From the NCBI GenBank assembly GCA_964019335.1, contig OZ025662.1, forward strand, positions 186,001-250,000: a stretch of DNA of 64,000 nucleotides. The letters are read 5' to 3'. Shown one piece after another: positions 11,712 to 23,300 of the stretch. Both the position numbers and the translations under genes were made by a program. The stretch comes from Diplonema japonicum. Taxonomy: Eukaryota; Protista; Euglenozoa: Diplonemea. Within the stretch, counting starts at the first letter, position 1, and each line of letters begins with the position of its first letter. The notes beneath the pieces are model-generated. The model saw only the letters and a program-made list of their open reading frames with translations, did no database searches and was not told the origin of the DNA.

Positions 11712-13899
11712 ATTTTTCTTTTTTTTTTTTTAAACTTAGGACACCTGGATCTTTTTTTTTCGCCCTCCCCCTCCTCAGGGCCCTTTGGTTTGGAGCCGGT
11801 TTTCTTCTTCGGAAGGTTCCTGGGTCGATAGAACTGGTTGCCTTGTGCTTTGGTGGCGTTGTGTGCCAAGGACCCTGATACACGGGCTGGAGGGGAAAGA
11901 AAAAAAAAAAAGAAAAAGAGAAGCGGTGTTTTTTGCTCCATTTTTTTCTCAATGAGGAAAGGACTGAAGTACCACAAAAGAAAATGGGAGGTGACAAGAT
12001 AGATGTGTTGTCGATGAAGTGCTGTTGTTGTTGTTGTTTTCTTCTTTTTTTTTTTTCTTCAACTTGTTTCTTACCTCATACTTGGTTTATCTTTGTTCTC
12101 TCTCTTTCTCAACTCTGCTACCAACAAAACCCCGTGGATATCGTGACCTTTTCTTTTCTCTCTTACTTCTTTTTTTCTTTTGTGAGGAAAAAAAAAAAAA
12201 AAAGAAAGAAAGAAAAGAAAAGGAAAATCCAAGCTATTATATTAATAATTGTGTGCTCCCTCCTCTCCCCACTTTTTTTTTTTTTGTTTCTATTTTTTTC
12301 TTCTTTTTTCTTTCCATTAATTTTTTTTTTTTTTTTTTCATCACGCGAGATAATACGGAATTTTAAAAAAAAAAAGAGTAAAAAAAAATTTATTCGGCAA
12401 CCCTTGGAATATTAATTAAGAAAAAAAGAAAAGAAAAAAAAAAATATTCAAAATAAAAGTAGCACTACAGGTAAAAATATCTTCTGCACCTTTTTTTTTT
12501 TTGAGGGGCAGTTTTTTTCCCCTTCTCTTTTTTTCCCTTGCGGTTAATTATCCATGATGTGGAGAAAGAGGGGGGGGGGGGGGGGGGGAAAGGTTTTTTA
12601 AAAGGGAGGGGAGGGGGAATATACAGACTTGTCGCGAGAAATTCGCTGCATGTTCCTTTTGTTGTTGCCCCGCCCCCTCTTTTTTTGTTTTAACTCTGTA
12701 GACAAGTACTTCGGTACTACTGCTGCCGCACGTATCTTTATTTCCCTTCCTTGTCCCGCCACCTTTTTTTTTTCTTTTTTTTTTTCTATCCCATTTTTTT
12801 TTTGTCAAAACACCACGAAAGGGTTCAAAATTTGAGCCCCCCTCCCCCCTAACACTAGGTGTAGAATTGACAATGTACTGTGCCAGGTTTATGGAAAAAA
12901 ATAAAAAAAATAATAATAATATTCCCCATACCCCTATTTTTTTTTTTTCTTCTTTTTTTTTTCTCTCTCATTTCCACAAGGTAACATCACATGACCTTTA
13001 AAAAATGGAACCCACCCCAAGTTAGCCAGTGGTCGCATCCACCTTATTTGCTGGGCTAGTGGGTGCTATTTCTCACCTCTCCCTTTTTTTTTTTTTAAAT
13101 ATTTTTTTTCTCCCCCCCTTCTTATTTTTTTTTGTTTGTTCCCCCTCTCTTTTGCAAACACAATGGGTTAATAAGCAGAGTTTCACAAATGCTGTCCTGA
13201 CGTGTGTTAAAAAGTTGGGGTGAGAAAAGAAAAAAAGAGGGGGAGAAACGGGGGGGAAAAAAAGAAAAAAAAAAGAAAAGATGCCTTGCAGTCCCCTTCC
13301 CTATTGCACTCAAGAAAAATCCCTCATTTACCTTTCCCTTTTTTTTTTTTTTACCCTACCCTGAGCCCCGAGGGGAAGTCTTTGGTGTGCAAAACAAAAA
13401 CAAAAAAAAAAAAAAGAAAAAAGAACTTTAAGAGAAATGTCAATACTATCACCCTTTTTTTTGTTTAACCCCCTCTCCCATCTTTTTTTATTTATCTATT
13501 TCCTGCTACACGCGATTCGTTTCAAATACACTGAATAAGAACACTCCAACGGAAAAAAGAAAAAAAAATGAACTAGAAAAGAAAATGTGCTAACCTGTAT
13601 ATTGTCTATATGGCAGAAAGCACGTTGGTTTTTCTTCTTTCCCTTTCTTTCTTTTTTTTTTTTTTGAATTTACGTGTACGGAGAGAAACAAGTGCGAAGG
13701 TTGCAAAAGAGAGGGAGGGGGGGGGGGGGGGATTCTTCTCTCTCATAATTGTTTAAGTTTTCTGACTTATTCCCTTTTCCCCTTTTTTAAGTAAAAAATC
13801 TTTTTACTGAAGGGTTAAGAAGAAAAGTAATGTTGTTACATCTGTGCCATGTGTCACTCCTTTTTGTTAGTTTGTTTTTTTTATTTAGTTTTTTTATTT

Positions 13900-13942
<43 letters not shown>

Positions 13943-14867
13943 CCGTCACGAGAAACCAAAACACAACAATGGAAAACAATGGGGGAACACAAAAAAAAAA
14001 AAAAAAAAAAAAAAAAGAAGCACAATTGCAAGTTTTCTATAAGCCTTGAAACTGTACAAAAAAAGAAAAGAACAAATAAAAAAAAAAAGAAACAAAATCA
14101 CCGACTCCAAGTATTCCCCCTTTCCATTTTTTCCCCCCCCTTTAAATACCTTGCCCAGTTTTTTTTTTAATTTATTCATTAGAAAAAAAAAAAATTGGCC
14201 TAATGTAGTTTACTAGTTGCAGAATTCTCTTTTTTTTCTCTCCTCTCCTCATTTTTTTTTTCCCTCTTTTTTTTTTTTTCCATCTCGTTTTTCATACCTT
14301 TATCTTATCCTACGGCGCCGTCTGCAGCCCACGTGTGAAATGCCTGGTGTATTCCACTCTACGACTTCAGGGACAGGACCAGCAGATCCTCCATCAGCAT
14401 ACCATTTGCACTGCTTGGCACACGCCTGGCTACAGAACGCGGTCAGCTCCGATCAGCTTGTCGTCAGGCAATCCTGTCGCATACTGCAGGACTCAAAGAC
14501 ACGTTTAATTTTTCCTCCAATGGAAAAAAAAAAAAAAAGAAAAAAAAAGGGGGGGCCAAAACCACTCCATGTTAAATACCTTCTTACATGAAGTATTGCC
14601 TGGAACCTTTCATCATTTCTTAGCCTCCCCCCTCTCATCGCAGACTTGCTTAGCTTCTTGACTGCTCTGTGATTGGTGTGTGCACGTTCATTTTTTTTTT
14701 TATTATTATTATTTTTTTTATACTTCTATTTTCCCTCTTCCCTTGAACTTGTTTTATTTTTCTTTTCTCCCCTCTTCTTTTTTTTTTTTTCTCCACCTGG
14801 TCCGTGAATGAGACGCGCACACAGGATAGAAAATACATAGTAAAAAAAAAAAAAAAAAATACTAATA

Positions 14868-16307
14868 ATGCAGCAACCCCTCCTCCCACAGGGCGTTGAC
14901 CCAGATTCGTTCAGAAGGGCAACCCACGCACTGCAACGGTGCGCCTTCATGCTCCGCAGAAAGGTGGGACATGAAAAAGAGGACCCTCAGTTCGACGGCC
15001 TCGTTCGGCATAAAATGCTGCACATAACACTGTTCAGCATGGCGGGGCTTGTGACAATGATAGTAATGGACGTGCTCCCATGGTACAGGGGCATCAAGAC
15101 AGGCAATATCTACGAACAGTCAGACGAAACGCTGAAAACAGAACTGCTGTCACTGCAGCTTGTACTGTCGCTGACGACCATGGTGGTGCTGTGCCTCATC
15201 ACGCAGTACTACCACTTGCTTCTCACCAAAAAACGTATCGAGTGGTCCGGTGTGGACATAACACCTAAGCCGACCTACAACGAAACAGAAGCAGAACGCG
15301 TCAAACGTGAGAACGACAAGTACGACCACATACACTCCTACTCTATATGGGCGTCGAAAATGTTCAAATACAGATTGATAGCAGAGCTTGTAATCCACGC
15401 GGTGCACCCTGTCATCTTTCTGTCGAACTGGGGTAGCTTCCTTGAGGCGTGCAAGGTGGTTATGCTGCTGCGACTGTACGTGTTCTTCGATCTCCTGCAC
15501 CTGTACTCGGGCCCCTTCCGGAACAGGTTCGAAATCGTCAATCAAAGCGACGAGTACAAAGAAACAAGCTTCAAGATCTCCCAGTCCCTCACCTTCAAGT
15601 CCCTTCTCAACACGCACACCGCGTTGGCCGTCACTGTCTGGGCTGCCCTAACATGTATTATAGGAGGGTTTGGAATGTTCCTTGTTGAACGTGATGCCGA
15701 CTCACAAGAACCATGGGTTGCGGGCGACATCGGCTGGGCAGGCTCCATGGAGAACTCCCTGTACTTTGCCTTTGTGGCTGCTTCAACCATTGGGTACGGG
15801 GAGTACTACCCCGCCACGCTCAAGGGGCGTCTTATGACAGCTGCCATCGGCATTATCGGGTTGGGTGTTGTGACTGTCTTCCAGGCGCTGCTCACCAATC
15901 AGCTCAAACCCACCAAACATGAGAAGTATATCCGGGAGTACCTCGCAGCTGGTGAGACCAGAAACCAATATGAGGAGAAAGCTGCGGTTCTTATACAACG
16001 CATGTGGCGCTTCCGTCGTGCCACGCGGCAGGGCATCGAGGTGCCCGTCTTCCACAAGTCGAACGTCATCTTCGGTGCAATGAAGAAGTTTCGGAATATT
16101 AAATACAAGTTCAAACACTCGGAGAACTTCACGGGCTCCAATGACGTGGTGCTGGAGGACAAGCTGGATGACCTCATGTCGCTGGCCAACGATGTGGGGG
16201 TGGGGGTGCAAGACCAGCGTGACCAGCTGCTCCTGCTACACAAGAAGGTTCACAAGAACCTGAAAAATATTCGCGCAAAAATATATGAGAGAACAGGACG
16301 GAAGTAG
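14868..16307 (+). CDS. Multi-TM potassium channel (SK/Ca2+-activated-like) with IQ motif
   Basis: Selectivity filter 'STIGYGEYYP', several TM segments, IQ-like 'AAVLIQRMWRFRR', C-terminal coiled coil. Confidence 0.88.
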   Translation: MQQPLLPQGVDPDSFRRATHALQRCAFMLRRKVGHEKEDPQFDGLVRHKMLHITLFSMAGLVTMIVMDVLPWYRGIKTGNIYEQSDETLKTELLSLQLVLSLTTMVVLCLITQYYHLLLTKKRIEWSGVDITPKPTYNETEAERVKRENDKYDHIHSYSIWASKMFKYRLIAELVIHAVHPVIFLSNWGSFLEACKVVMLLRLYVFFDLLHLYSGPFRNRFEIVNQSDEYKETSFKISQSLTFKSLLNTHTALAVTVWAALTCIIGGFGMFLVERDADSQEPWVAGDIGWAGSMENSLYFAFVAASTIGYGEYYPATLKGRLMTAAIGIIGLGVVTVFQALLTNQLKPTKHEKYIREYLAAGETRNQYEEKAAVLIQRMWRFRRATRQGIEVPVFHKSNVIFGAMKKFRNIKYKFKHSENFTGSNDVVLEDKLDDLMSLANDVGVGVQDQRDQLLLLHKKVHKNLKNIRAKIYERTGRK

Positions 16308-16391
16308 TAGATTTACAGACAGCAGTATACAACACACCATGTGTTCTTGTAGTTACGTGTAACGCAGCATACAGGTGTACACGAAAGAAAC

Positions 16392-17606
16392 ATGCGTGCC
16401 GCACCCTTCGTTGTTCTCCTTGCGGTGCAATGTGCCTGCTTCACAGCCAATGTGGTCGACTACGGTGCAAAGGGCGACGGGGCTACCATGAACACGGCTG
16501 CCTTTCGTGCTGCCTCTGCCGCGATCAAGAATAATGGCGGTGGGCTGCTGCTGGTGCCAACTGGACAGTTCATAGCAGGAGCCTTCAATCTGACAAGCAA
16601 CACGACTCTTGAAGTGCAGGGGACCATCCTTGGTGCGCAGGAGAAGAGCCAGTACCCCATCATCCCTCCGCTGCCCAGCTACGGCGTCAGCAGGGATGTC
16701 GGCATCAACAGGTACCAGGCTCTCATCATGACGCACGAGGTGAGGAATGTGACCATCAGAGGCACAGGTGTGATCGATGGGCAAGGCAGCTACTGGTGGG
16801 ACCTCCACAAAAGCAAGCAGCTCTCCAACGGCAGGCCCCGTCTGGTAGAGCTTTACAACACTACCGACATCGAACTGACGGGGGTCACACTGCGGAATTC
16901 CGGCTTCTGGACTGTGCACCCTGTGTACTCTAAAAACTTCCACATGCACCACCTCCAAATCACTGCACCGTCGGACTCACCGAACACAGACGGCGTGGAC
17001 CCTGACAGCAGCGAGAACGTCCTCATCGAGCACTGCGACATCTCCTGCGGCGATGATGTGGTGGCCATAAAGTCCGGTATCGATGCATATGGCCGCGCAG
17101 TGGGTATCCCTGCAAGAAATGTGACTGTCCAACACAACATCTTCCGTGCTGGGCACAGTGTGGCCATCGGGTCTGAGGTGAGTGGGGGTGTCCAAGATAT
17201 CTTAATCTACAACAACACACTTCTGGGTCCCTTGGGAGTGGGCATGAAGATCAAGACTTCGGAACAGAGGGGTGGCTACATCAGGAACGTGAGGTACACT
17301 TCGAACACCTTCGGCCAGACGAGCACCGCCCTTGTGCTGGATACCAGGTACAGCCACGGGCCACCGTTCTTCCCACTCACGAAAATTACGGGCATTGTGT
17401 ACAGCAACCTGAGCAGGTTGCAAGGCACTACACAAGCTGTCGCCCCGGGTGAATGGACTTGTTTCGAAGACTCCCCTTGTGAGGGGTTTGTGCTGACTGA
17501 CATCATGCTCCAGCCTGCTTCCAGAAGCTGGCAGTGCAGCAACATGAAGAACACCACCGTGCGCAACGTGATGCCTGACGGGCTCGCAGCGTGCTCGAAC
17601 GAATAG
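16392..17606 (+). CDS. Secreted polygalacturonase, glycoside hydrolase family 28
   Basis: Signal peptide; 'NVVDYGAKGDG'; GH28 motifs 'NTDG', 'GDD', 'GH', 'KIK(T)'. Confidence 0.93.
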   Translation: MRAAPFVVLLAVQCACFTANVVDYGAKGDGATMNTAAFRAASAAIKNNGGGLLLVPTGQFIAGAFNLTSNTTLEVQGTILGAQEKSQYPIIPPLPSYGVSRDVGINRYQALIMTHEVRNVTIRGTGVIDGQGSYWWDLHKSKQLSNGRPRLVELYNTTDIELTGVTLRNSGFWTVHPVYSKNFHMHHLQITAPSDSPNTDGVDPDSSENVLIEHCDISCGDDVVAIKSGIDAYGRAVGIPARNVTVQHNIFRAGHSVAIGSEVSGGVQDILIYNNTLLGPLGVGMKIKTSEQRGGYIRNVRYTSNTFGQTSTALVLDTRYSHGPPFFPLTKITGIVYSNLSRLQGTTQAVAPGEWTCFEDSPCEGFVLTDIMLQPASRSWQCSNMKNTTVRNVMPDGLAACSNE

Positions 17607-17789
17607 GCTTCCCGCCTACCAGCTGTGACCCTACGCTTCACAGCACCTCACACTGCCTACTGTTGGATTGTGAAATAACGTAGAACACCGGCATTGACCC
17701 TTTGCAGCAGCCCGTGTCCCTTCCTTTTTCAGTTATTTTCTGCCAGAACGACTTATGTAGAATCCACAGAACACCCATGTCTATGTCCA

Positions 17790-18110
17790 TGCCCTTGCAT
17801 GCCGTTGGCAGTCATCTGCTTCACAGCCATGTGGTCGACACGGTGCAAAGGCCACGAACACGGCCGTGCCAATTAGGCAGTTCATGATAGAAGCCAACCT
17901 GACAGCTGCTAGTGATGGACGATTGTGTCGAAGGACTATTTGTTGGACCACCGCTGATGGAGTTCTACAACAACAGTCCACTTGCCACCGAACTTGAAGA
18001 CCTTCGAACACCTCGATAACCTTGTTTCGCCCCTAGCGAATCACGGGTTGTTTCAAGACACCTGAGTGCATGACCCCAACGTGATCCGGCTCACTGCAGG
18101 CTCGAACGAA
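17790..18110 (+). pseudogene. Heavily deleted tandem duplicate of the GH28 gene
   Basis: Collinear nucleotide matches to the start (ctgcttcacagcc.atgtggtcgac.acggtgcaaagg), middle (cttcgaacacct, ttgtttc.aagac) and end (caacgtgat...gctcgaacgaa) of 16392-17606; no intact ORF. Confidence 0.8.
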
Positions 18111-18330
18111 CGGTTTCAACTGTTGTGCATCTAAGATGTCTCCTTTGTCTCTCAGCTGCCCTTCTCCATCGGAATGAACTTCTTCATCCTTTCCCTTTCC
18201 CTTCTAGGGCCGGTGGCTCACCATCGCTGCCCTTCATTTGGCCTGTACTATTTTTTTTTTTTTTTTTTTTTTCTTTTTTTTTGTTTGTCCCTGTTGCCTC
18301 CGTCTTTACCCATGCACTAGGGGGGTAGAA

Positions 18331-19497
18331 ATGGGCCTTTTCTCCCGGGCGACGCTGACAGATGCACAGAAGGAGAAGCTTCGGATGTACAGCTACGCAG
18401 GGAGCGATGCGTCCTACCTGCTGAGGTTATACCGGCCAGTGCTGGAGTGGGCTGTGGAACAGGTTGGGCTGCTAGTGAGCCCCAACCTCATCACGTTGGG
18501 GGGGTTTGCATGTGTGAACAGCGCAGCCATCGCAACGCTCGCCGTGTGCCCCACGCTTCGTGAGCCGATGCCTCAGTGGCTCTACTTCTGGAACGGGACC
18601 ACCATCTGGCTGTACCAGTGGCTCGACAACTTGGACGGGAAGCAAGCCCGGCGGACAATGACCAGCAGCGCCTTCGGTGAGCTCTTCGACCACGGCGTGG
18701 ACGCCTACGCCTCCACCGCAGCAGCCATCTGCTTCATTGCTGCCCTGCAGCTCGGCATCACCACCCTCTCCCTTCTCACTCCTTTCCTGATTTATTTCCC
18801 GTTCTTCTTCGCAACGTGGGAGCAATACTGGCTCGGCAGGATGGACCTCGGCCCCATCAATGGGGCTATGGAGGGAATCTTCTCATTGGTGCTGGTCATG
18901 TATGTAGGGGGTGTGATGGGGGGTGAGGTGTATCAACAGAAAATAGCAGGGCTTCGTGTGGGCGAGGCGGCGGGTGTGATGGGAACAGGACTGGCGTTGT
19001 TCTGCGTGCTGTACAACATGAAAGCTGTTGCACGAGGTGTGGCTAAGGAAGGGACGGTCCTAGCACCTGTGAAGCAGATTGTGCCGCTGTTGACGTTGCT
19101 CGCAACGGGTGTCGTGTGCACGTATGGCGACGACGACTTGGAGGCCGACAGTCTGGGGCTGGGCATCATCTTGGTTAACGGACTACTATTCGGCGAGATG
19201 GGGACTGATCTCACACTCAGCCATCTCAGTGGAATCCCCTTCCGCACCTTCTTCCCCACGCTCCTGGTCCCCGTTGTCTTAGCTGTCAACAGGCTCTCCT
19301 TGTTGTACTTCAATGTGGCCTTCCCGCAAGGTCCGCTCACTTGGTTCGCAGTTGGCCTCCTCCTCATCTACACTATTATCTACAAAGCCATGCTCATCAA
19401 TAGCATTACGCGTGCCCTCAAAATCAACTTCATCACCTTAACAGAGGAGCAAAAAGCAAAATTGTTGCGACCTGTGAGCCCTGACATAGATCTGTAA
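18331..19497 (+). CDS. CEPT: Choline/ethanolamine phosphotransferase (CDP-alcohol phosphatidyltransferase)
   Basis: Signature 'DNLDGKQARRT..SSAFGELFDHGVD', 'SPNLITLGG', multiple TMs; ATG at 18331. Confidence 0.92.
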   Translation: MGLFSRATLTDAQKEKLRMYSYAGSDASYLLRLYRPVLEWAVEQVGLLVSPNLITLGGFACVNSAAIATLAVCPTLREPMPQWLYFWNGTTIWLYQWLDNLDGKQARRTMTSSAFGELFDHGVDAYASTAAAICFIAALQLGITTLSLLTPFLIYFPFFFATWEQYWLGRMDLGPINGAMEGIFSLVLVMYVGGVMGGEVYQQKIAGLRVGEAAGVMGTGLALFCVLYNMKAVARGVAKEGTVLAPVKQIVPLLTLLATGVVCTYGDDDLEADSLGLGIILVNGLLFGEMGTDLTLSHLSGIPFRTFFPTLLVPVVLAVNRLSLLYFNVAFPQGPLTWFAVGLLLIYTIIYKAMLINSITRALKINFITLTEEQKAKLLRPVSPDIDL

Positions 19498-19941
19498 GTG
19501 GACTAAGGAGGGGGGGGGGGGGGGGGTGAGAAATAGAAGAAGAGGACAGAGAAATTGAAAAGAACGGGAGTTAGCAGATTCATAAAGAACTGCCCCCCCC
19601 CCCCCCCCCCCCCGTGAGATAGGTGATTGCTGTGCTTGGCTGCCTCGTTTGTTGTGTGAATTGAGGCCTTCTGCCCCCTTTTTTTCCCCTTCTTCTTTTT
19701 CCCTTTCCTTCCTTTCTTTCTTTCTTTTCGGTCTATGTAAGAATTCTTTTTCTGGCGATATTGCACTTGTCGGTATAATGATGAATATACGTAGGGCGTA
19801 GCTTGGTTGATCTCCTGTAAGCGAGCACACTGACTGTGTCAACCATGAAAAACTTGCTACCCGCACTAACCAACAGCACTGGGTGGCACTTCTTTTTTTT
19901 CTTTTCCATGTTCCTTCTTTACTCCCGTCGCCTCCGTCTTC

Positions 19942-19977
<36 letters not shown>

Positions 19978-20396
19978 ATTCCGAGATAGCTGAAAATTGC
20001 CACATCCGCTTTTTTTTTTTTTTTTCCTTCTTCCCCCGCTGCTAGTTTTGCCTTAGTTTATTGTCTTGTGTCCCCCCCCCCCCCCCCCCCCATATCCACC
20101 TGGATTTCTCTCTTTACTCCCTTCCATTTTCTTTTTCTTTTTTCCATATTGTAGGCTAAAAATAAACAAACTGAGTGCTCTGGCCTTTACGCGGAAAAAA
20201 AAAAGAAAATGAAGGAAGAGAATGGAGGGTGTTCAACAAAAAATGGGATAAAAAAAGAAAAAAAACACCCCCCCTTTTTTTTTGAAAACCCACCCAAAGA
20301 AAGAGAGAGAAAAAAATAAAGTGTTTTTTGTCAGTAACAGCACCGACCTTTCCACCTTTTTTTTTCTTGCCCCTGCCCACTACCAAACAGGTTGGG

Positions 20397-23300
20397 ATGG
20401 AGGAAGGTATGAGCCGGATGAGTGTACGGGTGCCGCCTTACAAGCCTGCTTTGGAGTTATATGAAGTATATGAAACGTTCCCCAAGCTGTACATCATTGC
20501 CTGTGATATCAACAGGACGTCCTATAATGTGCTGAAGCTTGACAGAATGGCTGAGGACGAGCTGTCCATTAGTGAGGACAAAACGGAGTACTCGGCAGTG
20601 CAGATGCGGATGCTTCTTGACACTCTACGAGCTGCCTTCAGAGTCGACGACAAGAAAGGTGGATCTGGGTTCCGCCACCTTGCGTCTGGGTTTGGGATAT
20701 TTGGAATGATCCGCTTCACTCGTGGGTACAACCTTGTCATCATTACAAAACGAAAAAAAGTCGCTCAGCTTGGACCGCACGCTGTTTATGAATTGGCGGA
20801 CACTGAGTTCATTCCTATTTGCAACGCGAAGCAAGCGAGGCAGTCGAAGGAGGAGGCGAAGTACAAAGAGCTTTTCCTCAGTTTTGAAACTAAAAAAGAT
20901 TTTTACTTCAGCTACACATACGACCTGTCGCACACTCTGCAGTACAACTGCCAGCGCACGGCGAAGCAGAAGCGGCAGCTCTCGGAGCTGGCCTCCTTCG
21001 ACGATATGTTTGTCTTCAACTCGTACCTCTTGCAGTCCTTTCAAACAGAGCTTCGCGACTGCAACAGCAAATGGGTCCTGCCGTGCATTCATGGCTACTT
21101 GTCGCAAATGACCTTTGAGTTCCATGGCAGGAAGATACGCCTGCTGCTCATCGCTAGACGATCACGGTACTTTGCAGGCACACGGTACCTGAAACGTGGA
21201 ATTTCTGAAGAAGGCAACGTTGCCAACCACCTCGAGACAGAGCAGATTGTATATGACACCTCCACCCTCGGGCTCTGCGGTACGCTAGGACATTTCACTT
21301 CTTTCGTCCAGGTCCGAGGATCCATCCCTATTTATTGGTACCAACCTACACAAGACCAACGTGTGCACCGTCCACGCCCTCCTATCAAGTTAGGTAGGTC
21401 CGATCCTGGCTTCATGGCGACAAAGCTCCACCTTGCGCATCTGTTTTCTTCGTACGGCACGCCCATCGTTGCTTTGGACCTTTTGAAACAGAAGGAAAAG
21501 AACCCTCGGGAGTCCATACTTGGTAGGGAGTACCAACACGCCATCGAGTCCATCAACAAAGAACTTCCTGAAGAGAGTCATGTTGAGTACATACCATGGG
21601 ACTTCAGGCATGCGTCGCGCATGCAGGACAAGGTGAACAACGACCTCACATCCATTGCAGAAGAGGTTATCATGAAAACGGGCATCTTCAACACCACAGA
21701 CGGTGTGACAGAGCAGAAGGGGATTTTGAGGACGAACTGCGTGGACTGCTTGGACAGGACCAACCTGGCACAGTTCTTTGTCGGGAAGTGCGCGCTGGGA
21801 AAGCAACTGATCCTTCTGGGAGTCGCTTCCAAGAACAACCTGATCGTGGACCAACCAAAGGTGACGGACGCTTATCTCGAACACTACATCCAAATGGGTG
21901 ACAGGATCGCACTGCAGTACGGTGGCAGCAGGGCAGTGTCAGCAGGTGTCTTGAAGAGAGGTGTCTCATGGGACCTGTTCACGTCCCTCACACGGTACTA
22001 CAGCAACAACTTCGTGGACCTTGAAAAGCAGAAGTCAATGAACCTGTTCCTTGGGAACTACACACCAAACATTGCCGTGCCCAAGGCACGCGACGACGAC
22101 GCGGATTCTCTCAGATCGCCTGATGACGACGGGCTCGTGCCGATGACGCACAAGATTTACGCCTTTCAGAGGCCGTTCAAGTTCATACTTGACAGCTACG
22201 CAGACGAACTGGCTATGGAGGGCTCGCCTTCAGGCTTGTCTGTCGACGGCTCGCCAGCAGGAGTTCTGCAGAAGAAAGGAAGCATAAACTTCAATGGCGG
22301 TGTTAGTTACAGCTTCCCCGAGCACTACCGGAGTCAGGAGAGGCGTTTCGACAACGGATCCTTCAACTTCGGACACAACCCCCCGCCTGTCGAAACCAGC
22401 GATGATGAGGAGCTGTCAATGTCAGGGAAGCGTGTGATCGACCTGTGGGACATAGAGAATGACTACTATCTCCACCTGCAGGACAACACAAAGAAGGGCA
22501 TGTTCGTGGCGCCTCCTGTCAGCTTGAGCGCCCGCTGGTGGGAACTGCCTCTTCTGATCTTCACAAACAGATTACTTACCAGCCCCGTACATCTTTCCAG
22601 CCACTCCCCCTGCCACGGTACCATCGATCTTGGGGCGACCGTTGCCTCCGTCAGTAGCTTCGGGTCCGGGTCGCCGAGGTCCATACTCTGCGACAGTCTT
22701 CGGGATACGAAAACCACCGTAACCCTCCCAAATATTAATTCGTGGAGGCAGCCCACTATGAGCCCCGACAACCTGCTCTTCGAGTCCATCAAGCGGTACC
22801 ACAGGTGCGCTTCGAACCTCACAGACGTCGTTTCTCTGAACCCCATCCAGAAAGGCGGCGATGCCGACCTACAGCTGGTACACCCCGTGGTGTCCATGTT
22901 CTTCAACAACGCGGACGAAGAGCTCACAGCCCTCAACGAGCTCTTCGACCCTGTGGACCCCATTCTTGTGGAGCTGAAGAAAAAGCTGGAGGGCAAGTTC
23001 TCCCTGTCGATGCCGTACTCGTGGCCCACGACACACTTTAGCAGCAACGACAGCCAGGCGTTCAAGGCTCTCACATCAAGGAGCATGGTAGACAGGACAG
23101 GCGACGTGCCTTCTGAGGACTGCAGGCTGTACGAGGAATACGTGCGTGCTAGGCAGTACTTCGAGAGGGGTTCTATGTGGGACATGAAAGGGGCGCCCTG
23201 GAAGGCGTTCATGGCTGACTGCAAAGGGACAAGCTACTACAAGCAACGCAGCGAGCAGGCACTGCACCAAACATGGATGGTGTCATGGTTAGTCAAGGAA

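Noticed and set aside
7110-13818. Larger piggyBac bounded by TTAACCCTT (7110) and AAGGGTTAA (about 13810)
   Set aside because: The match is only 9 bp in AT-rich DNA and does not extend.
746-14800. Dozens of F/K-rich ORFs in the ORF track
   Set aside because: They are translations of poly-T/poly-A tracts with no protein-like composition.
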